Assembly (NCBI GenBank): GCA_021432655.1
Contig: MU271225.1
Location: 102,568 to 135,504, forward strand
From: Atractiella rhizophila
Lineage: Eukaryota
DNA: 32,937 nucleotides
Reading direction: 5' to 3'
This document shows positions 10,691 to 20,650 of the stretch, one piece after another; the stretch's first letter is position 1; each line of letters begins with the position of its first letter. The notes below the pieces were generated by a model. The model had not been told where the DNA came from. It was given only the letters and a program-made list of their open reading frames with translations, and did no database searches. A program made the translations under genes and the position numbers.

Positions 10691-12510
10691 TCAGCCTATT
10701 TTTTTGGTGCTCCCCAACCCGCTCGCTTGCAAGCGGAGTACGTGGGATCGGACAAATGATGCTGCTGCTACACAAGTTGGAATCAAAATAATGCATATTC
10801 TTTGGAAAGGCAGGCTTCCATACCCACAGCCATAAATCACGGCTCGATACCCTTCCCGCGCTGTAAAGACCAGTAGAATAAATTGTCCAATGTCCCCTGC
10901 CGTCGTTCCCTTGTGGATGGGTGGTGTACTCGCAGATGACAAAAGGACAGATGAGGGAGTTGGGAGACTCGTAGTCGTTCTGGGGTGGATGTGACCCTTG
11001 AAGTGAGGAGAGCGCGCTAGCTCAAGCTTCGGCTTTGAGAGAAGTGTGCACGCAAGATATCAGAGCGCGAGTAGCATACGAATGACATCCAGTGAATTGA
11101 TCCTTCTTCACTTTCCCCTTTCTCCTCCTGCGCTTCGCCCCCAGCTACGTATCGCTACGGCTCTACATCTTCCATACTTTCGTCTTCCTCCTTGCACCCC
11201 TCATCCTCCTTCATTCACCTCTGCACCACGAACCGCGTCGGAAATTCTCCTTCCTCTTCCCTCTTCCATCTCTTAGGCAGCGAGCAAGAAGACCGTGAAG
11301 CATCACTGAAGCATTACTATTGCCTTGAGCCATAGGTCGGGCTTCCTTTCTCATGGGTCTTCGGACACATCTAACTCGGCTGTAGCAGCTACAGACGGGT
11401 AGTAAGGAGGAACTGGCGTGAGAAGGTTGGTAGTGCTGAGTGGCGCCGGGCTACCCAAAAATGTCCTTCCCCAAGCCGAAGGGATTCCGCCTGCGTGGAG
11501 CAGCAAGCTTGTTGCATCTGGGAGCATCGGACGGGTTTGGAGGGATCGGCATAGGTGCGCGCGGCTGCTGATACGTCTGCTTCTTCAGCTTGGACCTGTT
11601 GCGTATGTCGGATGGGATGAGTGGAGGGGGTCGCAGGTATTGCTACCAGTATGTCACAATACGGACGGTCAGGCTGAGTCAAGCCGCGGTCATCAATCTC
11701 CCTTGCTATCGGAAAGGAGGGCGTACAAACCACGGTTTCGTATTTGATCCTGTCGCCTTACCACAGATGTGAATACTCCGTGGCCAGCCAGCACTGCTGA
11801 CAAGGTAAGAGCCATCCCCCTTTGGGAAACACAGACAATGTCAACATCCTAAGTCTGCTGGTGAAGACAACAGAGCGTGAAAGTAAGGAGGACGTACCAC
11901 ATGGTCAATTAGCATAACCATCCGCTTCAATCTCCTCATCCTTCACAGACAGCCGCTCAATCGTTATCATAGCACATCACCCTCGCTGGGAGCCCTCGTT
12001 CAGCACGATGCTGCACCGACTCTCTCCCACCCAACTATCGTCTCAACTCTTTCCCTCCTCGGGACCATTCTTCAATCCTTCTTCACCCTCTCTTGCTTCA
12101 TCTTCTCCGACAGTGTACTCCCACATTCCATCCATTCTTCTCCCCCTGCTGCATTCCAGAATCTTGCCAGTGACCACTCGCACCGAACAAAGACATGAAA
12201 AAGTGAGGAAGCGTGCCCTTTACCGAATATCCCATGTGGTTTCTGCCAGTAGGCGACGGCAGCCGGAGAGATGACTGTCGAAGTGGAACGATGGACGCTC
12301 GACGCGTTCCACACCAGTTTGACGAAGCAGAGGGGCGGACGTGATTTGGGGCAGACAGGATGGTTGAGATGAGAGAGGTCGTCTGTGCCAATGGACAAAA
12401 AAGAACCCCTTTGAACGGTTATGTGATGCCTGCAGGCGAACGAGCAGAGAGACGTTACGTGGTGGGATGTTTTCCACGCCTCTCCACCATTGCTCTCGCT
12501 CCGGTCCTCA

Positions 12511-14120
12511 CCTTCTCCTCCTCGGGATGTGCACCTAGCTTGAAACAGATCCTCTACCTGGTGTCACGAACCCGCTTCGATCAACCCATCTCCCTCCTCA
12601 TCGTTCCTTCTCTTCCCTCTGCGGCATCCTCAAGCTTTCTACGGACTTCTCTAGCCGGTCTATCTAATGAATATTGAATAAAGCGAAGGAGGAAGGAGCG
12701 GAACGACGGGGATGATGCGGCATTTGCTCTTGTGCGACGCGAGTCGATATTCCGAAGGGCCTTAAAGACCTTTGCCGTATGTCGGTGGGTGGTGCGTCAA
12801 AGAAAGCGAAAGTGCAGGCGACGGCGACAGCGAAGTGAAAGAATGGGCGGAGATGAATTTGAGTGCAATATGGAGAGAGTGCTCGGTGGGGAGTAGGAGA
12901 GTGGTTTGTACTTGCGCGGGGGGGAGTGGTTTGGGATCCCGTGCCGGAGGTGGGAGGGATGAAGAGGAGCCATGGTTGTGAGGGACGAAGGGAATGCCTC
13001 GAGGGGAACACGTTGCGGTTAGGAGGGTCGACGAAGCGCATTGGGGGGGCGAATAGTGGACCTAGTTGAACAAAGTTGGAACCAAGGAAAGCAGAGGAAG
13101 GAGTGCCTGCTCACTCAAATTCCACCGTTTGGAAGTTCTCGCTCATGGACGGCGAGTTGAATGACGTAGTTGATCCTCCGCCACATCCGATCCCCGTCTC
13201 CCATCCCGCCTCGCCTCGACCTTCTTCTGACTTCCATCTTCTCCTTCGGGCTCCTTCCGGTACTCTACTCCTGAATCCAGCACCGCACACGTCTGCCGAC
13301 TACGAGGGGGATCTTCTGTTGCCGTTCTCCCCCGTACCTTCACTGTCACGCTCAAGCAAGTGAGCGAGCACACAGCGCACTCCAAGATGCCTATCTGTGG
13401 CTACGGCCAAAGGGAGTAAGGAGGCAGTGGAGAAAAGCTCAAATAGGTGGGAGTGAGGTGGAGAGTAAGCCAACAGAGGACGAGTTCCATTGCTCTCAAC
13501 AACCACTATGCTCTCGAATTGGCTCGCTTGCGGAGGGAAAGCTGGATGAGGTCTTAGAACAGATCGTAAGACTATGAGATTTTGAGTAGGAGGAAGAAGA
13601 ATATTACGCTCTCGTGGGATCCTGGAACGGGAAAGAATGCCGTGGTCACAAAGGTTCATCTATCGAGGTCAGACCTCGTTCCTCCCCTTTCTTTGCGATG
13701 GTATTAACGTTCTACTATTCAGATCGTTTGATTGCAGCAACTGCCTACAGATGCACGGAGTAGCAACGGCGCACACGCACTGGACTTACGCCGCTCTGTC
13801 TCTGATTCTCTCCTTCATCCTCTCCAAAAGAACGTCCAACATCCTCCGCTCTTTCATCTCTCCTAGTCCAGCTACCCCTTTACAAAAGAGAATCTGCAAT
13901 TCTCTCAAAGCACCTCTTCCATCTAAGATCACAGAAGCACATAGGCGAGGCAGAGCAGTGTATCGTATTATATCCCGCTAGTCTAGCTGCATGGCAGGAG
14001 GAGGGAGCAAGGAAGAATGGGTGGAGGAGACATTGAATGTGATGGAGTCGTCGAGGGTTGAGAGGGAGGTCAACGGAGGAGGGTTTGCCTTCGAACTCTG
14101 AACAGATTGTGAACGAGTTC
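12511..14120 (+). repeat. Mosaic repeat copy C (most diverged): unknown segment, Hsp104 relic (13172-13680), downstream segment
   Basis: GKLDEV, ILSRRKKN and DPGTGK remnants. The 5' part matches the backwards-read 17222-16205 and the 3' part matches 7225-7766. Confidence 0.8.
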
Positions 14121-14202
14121 TGCGAAGGGGAGGACAGTAGGTCTTCAGAAAGGATGACGAGATTAGCGGACTCATTCTATGTTGTGTAGAAACACGCAGA
14201 AA

Positions 14203-14227
14203 NNNNNNNNNNNNNNNNNNNNNNNNN
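14203..14227. other. Assembly gap, 25 N
   Basis: Run of exactly 25 n. Confidence 1.
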
Positions 14228-15538
14228 GTCAGAAACCGGCATTAAGACATTATTTCAACTTGTCGAGAGCTCACTATCGGTTACTGAGGGCCTTCATTCC
14301 ATAAGGTAGATACGTTCGTTGAATCAGTACACAAATAATTTAGTAAAATTTTTTATGCGGCTATGTATTAAGTATACCGACTTTCAAGGAGGTTTTCAAT
14401 CCTCTCCAATACGAGGTAAACGGTACTCAGACTGTAAACTCTCTTGTTGGTTAACGAAAGTTTAACGTACTATCGGGTATTTGACTCGCTATTGGTCAAC
14501 CGCGGTCGGGGACGAAAAGTTGAAAGCGGTACGTCGGAAACTGGCCTGTAAAGAGGTATAATATCGGTCCTTTCATAAGTCCTCAATCCTGTTCCTCTCC
14601 AAGTTGCTCTTTAAAAAGGCCTGTCAGTCTTTGCAAAGAAGCGGCATTTTACCAGTATTAGCCGTCACCCTCCTTACTTTTCTCCAGGTATCTCCCCTTT
14701 CGGTCACCCTTATCGAGGAACCAATTAGATGTAAAATGAACATTGGGTCTCTGAAATTTTATTCATGTCTTATCGTATGGAGAGACAGTTCCTGAGCCAA
14801 TTGTTAAAAGGATATAAGATTGTGAACCCGTCGTTTCTTATTAACGGGGAGGAGGGGTGTTATGAAAATAAAAAGAAGGTAAAGAGGTGACATAGTAACT
14901 GGCTAACTGAACAGGTGTAACAAAGGGTCAGGTGTTTCGGTCAAAAGGGAAAAATAAGGGTCGGAAGACAGCTCACACCCAGAGATCGTGGACAAACGTG
15001 TCACGGAAGTGCTGTCCCCCTAGCTTCTACAACCTCCTTTCGCGTCTGTACTGCTAACTTATTCCAGGTTACTAGACCATGAGACGACCCTCTTCCGCAC
15101 TTCCCACCCTGTCTCACCTACGCTACTCCTCCCCGCCCCGTGTTCTCTCGTCACCGGCACCTTCAACCACCTGTCTTCCACTCTTCGTTCGACTTTGTCT
15201 TTTATGACCCTCTATTACCAATCATGTTGTAAGTACGTTTCTCCTTTCCTTACTCTGTATTGTTCTCTCCGCGTGGAAAAGCGGCACGACGTCTTCGTGT
15301 GAGTGTCTAGTCTCTTATCTCCTACAGCCTCCTTCGATCCACCTACTCTTCTACCCCTTCCTTTCGCACCGACTACCCATCTACCTTCTTCCTCCTTTCC
15401 TGAACGTGTTGATGTGGTCAGGAAAGGAGGCGGAAACGAATCCCCAAACCCCCCAGGCAGGAAGAAGGAAGAAAAGGAGTAAGGTAAGTACGAAAGAAGA
15501 CTCTTGAGAAGAGAAGAAAGCTTCCTTCTAAACCGGTA
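14228..15538. pseudogene. 5' exons of the Dada-like transposase, readable only right-to-left without complementing (true + strand)
   Basis: Candidate ATG at 15538-15536. Introns at 15275-15206 (GTGCGC...CTAAC...CAG), 14779-14728 (GTATGC...TAG) and 14365-14309 (GTATCG...TAG). Peptide: CPEKFLVEPLLVLTPEYFPGYNMEKCPVKGC...GYRSVYGL...LKCQTHGKWSITSPNFW...YGIPYFRESLAITRELFNFITELRPKT. Some frameshifts are present. Confidence 0.85.
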
Positions 15539-15593
15539 CAAACACCGGAGCCTGCGCGTCGCGCGCGGCTGTACTGGTCAAAGGGGCGTCGTG

Positions 15594-15740
15594 TTTTGAC
15601 CAGCTGGTCAAAAGCCGTTTGATCAGCGGGGGTCCCCAAACGCGTTCGCCGGCCTCCGGCGTTCGCTTTTTACCAAAACGCGAAGTTAAAACTCTTTTAA
15701 ACGTTCGGTTTTTCGTCCAGTTTTGACCAGCTGGTCAAAA
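15594..15740. repeat. Two copies of a perfect 20-bp palindrome, 127 bp apart
   Basis: TTTTGACCAGCTGGTCAAAA at 15594-15613 and 15721-15740 (AAAACTGGTCGACCAGTTTT once the block is un-reversed). Confidence 0.95.
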
Positions 15741-15792
15741 TAGCGGCTGGTTGAGGCTGGGAACCCGCTGCCCCAGACGATTAACGCGGGGA

Positions 15793-16177
15793 GCGAGGCC
15801 TACTAGGGAACGCGGGGGGTTCCACCTTGGACTTCCGGGGAGCGTGTGCACTCGCCTTATGCTTACGGACTTTTTATAAATTTTACGCATTATTACTCGG
15901 AAACTTCCGAAGTATCCGTATTATGACCGTTTCTATTTAATTCCTTTCGTTCCTACCCCACCCCTTTTCCAGAAGCAACTCAAAAACTACTATATTTTCC
16001 CAGTTCTTGAACAAAGTCCACGAAAACTCCAATTTGTTTCGGAGACTTCACTACAGTTAACGTCTTTTACCACAGAACGAGCACGATCTTCAACCGCTTT
16101 TATCAATGTGCTGCGCGGTCACTTTGGACCCCCCGGACGTCCAAGGTGGAACCCCTCAGGTTGCTAGTAGGCCTCGC
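15793..16177. mobile_element. MITE-like element or subterminal fold-back: ~47-bp imperfect inverted repeats around an AT-rich non-coding core
   Basis: The reverse complement of 15793-15840 (CCCCGGAAGTCCAAGGTGGAACCCCCCGCGTTCCCTAGTAGGCCTCGC) matches 16131-16177 (CCCCGGACGTCCAAGGTGGAACCCCTCAGGTTGCTAGTAGGCCTCGC). No TSD identified. Confidence 0.65.
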
Positions 16178-16204
16178 CGTTTTCAAAAGAAACTGGGAGG
16201 GAGC

Positions 16205-17222
16205 AAGTAACGTGAGGATGTTTTTTAAGATTGGTGGGGAAGATTCCCGGTGTAGGTCGAAAGGGAAGCGGCGTCCGCTCCGTTAAGCTGACGTAAGAAT
16301 AACTGTCGTAGTTTCGGTAGGAGGGGGCAGAAGAAGGTCGAAAGCTGTTGGAGAGGCGACGGAGGAATGGCGGAGACCGGAGATCGGTGTCCACCCCTAG
16401 TGCGTCACGCGACACAAGAGCGACTGAGCGAACTCCCCTTTCCACTCCGCACATCTCGTCTTACCGCTGACTTCTGCGGGATTCTCAGCCATGACGCGAC
16501 CTCAGTCCGCATGTTACGCCCCTTCCTCGAGCTTCCTCTTCCTCTTCAGCCCTGCTCTTCGGCCTCCTTCTAGCTCCTCCTCCCCCACTTACCCCTCTAC
16601 TTACCTCGCCGATTGAGCTTACGCGGCGCCGCGTCTCCTAGTTATGCAGTAAGTTGAACGTCCGGTACTAGCTCCTGGCGCTTTGCCACCTTAGGTGGAG
16701 CAGCCGTCAGGACTGGCGTTGGACAAGGTGACGTCGGTAAAGACAGTAGGGGGAGGGTGCAGGTACCGAGGAGAAGTAGGGAGGGTGGAGGCCGTGCCCT
16801 AGGGTTTGGTGACAGGGGGCGCGCGTTCGTGTTTGACGAGAGGATCAGGAGTGGTTCGGTGGTAGAGAGAGGTATGACGTGAGTTTGAAGTAGAGGTGGG
16901 TAGGTCGAAGAGGCAGTGAAGGGGCAGCGGCAGAGGAAGTGAAAGCGAAAAAAACTACATAGTGGCGGACTGTATGGCGTCCCGGGGCAAGCTTATAGCT
17001 GAGCGCAACGTGTTCTCGTTTACGGCATAGGAGGGCAGCAAGGCGAGGAAGGAGGAAGCGAAATAAGTTGTAAGTAAACCATCTCGCCGATTTCGAGCAG
17101 TCCCCTACGGCGTCTCCTCCTATTCCTTCCCGCTCCTCCCTCTACCCCCAACCAACCAGCTTCAGCCAAAGCACTGTTCTTCATCTCCTAAACAAAGTTC
17201 GATACACGTGTAGGACTCTTCC
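16205..17222. repeat. Mosaic repeat copy D (in the reversed block), including Hsp104 relic 16640->16205
   Basis: Backwards reading gives HIVRL-PAQ, LKRVSE, DGFDAVNKNAVEL and EG-KLD, and matches 4218-4640 closely. It breaks off after GCAATGAA. Confidence 0.88.
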
Positions 17223-20073
17223 CCTATGTTGGCAAACTGGGAGAAGCGATTCAGCATGCGTAACTACTGTCTTTGCTTAGAAAAAACAACTTACACACTC
17301 TTTGTGTTTTGCAGAGCTACATTCGGAGCATGTCCAGCAGATTAAACGAGTTTGGCAACAGTACGCTATTAAAGAACAGATTTGTCACAAATGGCCTTCC
17401 GGCCCGTTCAAGCCAATCTTGAAGCAGTTCCCAGCTGTTCTATCCAGAGCTGCCGATCCAACTATAAAAGCTGATGTGATTAATCCCTCTCCATCATCTG
17501 ACCTCATCAAGACAATCTACGAACACTGGATAGAGTGTGAGCGTGGCCCAGAAAGCAACATGTATTTGAAGACCCTTACCGGTATGTATTTTGGCTTACC
17601 TTGGCCCTCTATCCTAATAAACCACCAGGTCTTTGTTAGGCCTCGATGCAACCCTCAATGTCGCCAAGAAGGCAAACATTTAGACTACCGTGAAGGAGAC
17701 TGGTAGTTGTCAAAAAGTACAAGTTACAAATATTTTTGGTGGAGGATTGTTGATGATGGTAAATGAGGACCGAGAACTTGTGGCATACATAAGTTATAAG
17801 GTTGCTGTCATCTGTAAATTCAAAGCCTAATGATAACAATCCAGGAATTTCTTGTTGGAAACTCACCGCTCGAGATGGGTCCACCACTTCAAGATTTTGC
17901 TCAACGTGCACGGCTCCTTGGAGTCGCCTTTGAAGGTAGCAGGCAGGCATGTGTTGACCTCTGCTGTCAATATAGGAACAGTATCCTTCTCTATGTGCCC
18001 GAACTCTGGATTGGTCAGGATCTAGCTCATCTCGAAATGTGTGTCTTTGAAACAATTCCTTATATCAATCCAGCACGAGCAGATTTCGTAGTGGCATTTC
18101 GAGAGGCAATCTTGAAGAAGAAGGCAGACTTGCACGGTGGGGTTGCTGAGTGTTATTCAGTTGAAAAAGCTTGGAGCGGCTTCCGAAAGTTGAAGACAAG
18201 TTCAAGAAGAATTCTGATCTTTGGAACAAGTGCTGTGCCACATTCGAGCTTCAAAAAGGTCACATTGCGAAGGGATGCCTTATTCCAAAGCATCAGCAAC
18301 TCCCATTTACAACATCAAATAATGAAAACTGGCATAATGCAGCTGGCGAGCTATTTTGTAGATCAGATTCTTCTCTTACAACTATTCTGAGTGTCCTTCC
18401 CGATATCTTCTTACGTAAAAAAGCTCCTTGTCAAAATTAAGAACCACTCCAGCCAGCTGACTCACCATCACGAGCATTTCGGAAGAAGGTTATTGAGGCT
18501 GGTACCCACCACATCTTTCTTGTGGATAGGAATCTTCGCCTGGAAGAAATCTTATACTCTTCAAGCCAGCCTAAACTGTTGGACATCTTTTCGAAGCATG
18601 AGTTTGGATTGGTCAAGTGTGAAAAGCAGTATGTTTTTGTACATGCTACTGGGAGTAGTACATTTATTGATATTCCATGAGTTTAGATTTACAGGAGTTG
18701 ACCTAGATTGCTATAAAGCGAAGTGAAAGGAGCTCCTCCAAACTCTCAAACCAGATGATATCGAACACCCCGAAGTGATTGTTATGGCTGTCATGAATGG
18801 AACGGTTGTTATGAATGGTGAGCTTCCTGTGGACTCTGAAGTTGAAATGGAGGTGTTTCCGAAGGCTGTAAGTCTTCTCTTCCCCAGTCTTCTCAACATG
18901 AGAATATATTCATATTGAGCTGTTATAGAAACCGGAGAACACTCCTTTACAACATTCTGCGATCAGTTCATCTTGCTTGCCAGAAAAGCGCATGGCGACC
19001 CAATTGGATAGTGAGGATGATGCCACTACTATGCTCGCAATCTCCTCCAAACACCCTCATCTAAATCGAGAACTTTTGGAGCCAGATATCAAGCCACCTC
19101 CGCTGCCTTCTTTTTGGAACTTTATAAAATCGAACCAGTCCCCATCTTCCACAAGTATGGATGTGGAAGCACAGCCACCACCAGTTCCTCTGCCTACGAA
19201 TGTCTACCAATCTCGAACGTCACAGACCTTTACTTCAGCAACAGGCACTTCGTTTGCAGATTATCAGGAGAAGAGTACAATTCAAATGTACTCTGATGCC
19301 TTCTGGAAGCTTGCAGCCTGCCGACTCCAGTTCAAAGCTACTTCTTCAATGACGGAGAAGCAGCTGAAGTTGTTTGCTGAGAAATATAATAACCCCCAGC
19401 TTATCTTGAACCCTGTGTATTCCAATGCAGAGAAGGGTGTTCTGAAAGACATAATCATTCGTGATGGTTTGGTGCTCAAAAACGGTTTATTTGCAATCGA
19501 GAAGGAGGTTGTTAGTCGTATTCAGAGAGTAGCCAGAGGAGACTGTGAGTTTGAACACTTTTATTGACAAGAAAAGGAATCTACTAATAGTGTTGAGCAG
19601 CCATCAAACCATTCTGGAAACTACAAACGACACTCCCTCCACCAGTGAAAGTGACATACATGAAGCCAACAAAGAAGGGCAACCTTGGAGCTGTAAAGAC
19701 TTGTGGTCGATGCAAGAAGCAAAAGGATGGGTATGGTGAGAAGAATACAAACAACCACAAGCGCGATGTCTGTGATGACAACTTTATGCATTGGTCCAAA
19801 GTTCCGTACCCACTGCCCAAGACCAACTTACGCAATGTCCCACTCTGCAAGAATATGTTGGGGAAGTGGAGTATAGACGAGAATGCAGTAAAGAAGTTTT
19901 TCACGGATATCAAGGATGGGAAAGTGCCAGATGTTGATCAATCGGTGGAGATGGTCAACATGCGAGTTTTTATGGCAATGACATGGGTAGAGGAAAAGAT
20001 GGACTGGGTTTTGACAAACGAAGGTTGCATATTGAAGCAGGGAAGAGAAAGTAGTGGTTCACTTAGTGAGTAG
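17223..20073 (+). pseudogene. Dada-like (DUF6729-type) DDE transposase, catalytic and C-terminal part
   Basis: LDATLNVAKK (D 17645), CVDLCCQ (D 17956), QDLAH (DxxH 18019-18030), GHIAKGCL, TTSNNENWH (E 18324) and a C-terminal CGRC...H....C finger (~19702-19773). Introns, stops (TAG ~17681) and frameshifts are present. The superfamily is assigned from recalled motif order. Confidence 0.7.
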
Positions 20074-20340
20074 TCAGATGCGAATGGATATCTTTTGTGA
20101 TTTTCAGTCTGGGACAAATAATGCACTAGCCTCCACTTTTGAAATTTTTATAAAGATCACGTCAACTATTCTAAATCAAAGGCAAATTTTGAGCCTTTAT
20201 TTGATCAATTACAGCTGCAGTTGCAAGAGGACTGGATGCACTGTTGCAGAGTCAGACAATGTAAATATAATGTGAGTTGATGCTCTGCTTTGTTAATATC
20301 CCCTCAATGCTAATAATCCTTATACATCGTGATAGCTAGC

Positions 20341-20650
20341 TCTCAGGCCTCGCATTCGATGTACTCACGCCTGAGATACGATGGATAATGGCGAAGCAAT
20401 GAGGAATTACGTTTTTTGATGTATATGAGATGCGTGTTTTGTTCTCCGCTTTTTTTAACGTTCGCTCGTTCTCAATACACATTATACGTCGTTGAAGCTA
20501 CATCTCAGGCCTCCCATTCGCGCTACTCACGTCTAAAATACGATAGATAATGGCGAAGCAATGTGGAATTGTATTTTTTGATGTATATGAGGTGTGTGTT
20601 TTGTCCTCCGCTTTCTTAATGTTCACTCATCGTTATTACATGTTATACAG
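20341..20650. repeat. Diverged tandem duplication, period 162 bp
   Basis: TCTCAGGCCTC...GATAATGGCGAAGCAATG...TTTTTTGATGTATATGAG starts at 20341 and 20503. The first unit opens with the hairpin TCTCAGGC/GCCTGAGA. Confidence 0.92.

Larger units (their letters stand above)
14228..17222. other. 2995-bp block written in reversed, non-complemented order
   Basis: 17080->17041 read backwards gives CCAAATGAATGTTGAATAAAGCGAAGGAGGAAGGAGCGGA, versus forward 12664-12702 CTAATGAATATTGAATAAAGCGAAGGAGGAAGGAGCGGA. The similarity runs about 1 kb. Backwards reading also gives GT..AG introns and an in-frame junction with 17223. Confidence 0.95.

Noticed and set aside
11418..11747. RRLVVLSGAGL resembles the sirtuin VVLTGAGIS motif
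   Set aside because: The following GIPDFR, TQNID and HG motifs are not convincingly present. Probably chance or too decayed to call.
14604..16573. ORF-track entries inside the block (14604-14795, 15215-15541, 15418-15639, 16164-16454, 16367-16573)
   Set aside because: They are translations of reversed, non-complemented sequence. The meaningful reading is right-to-left without complementing.
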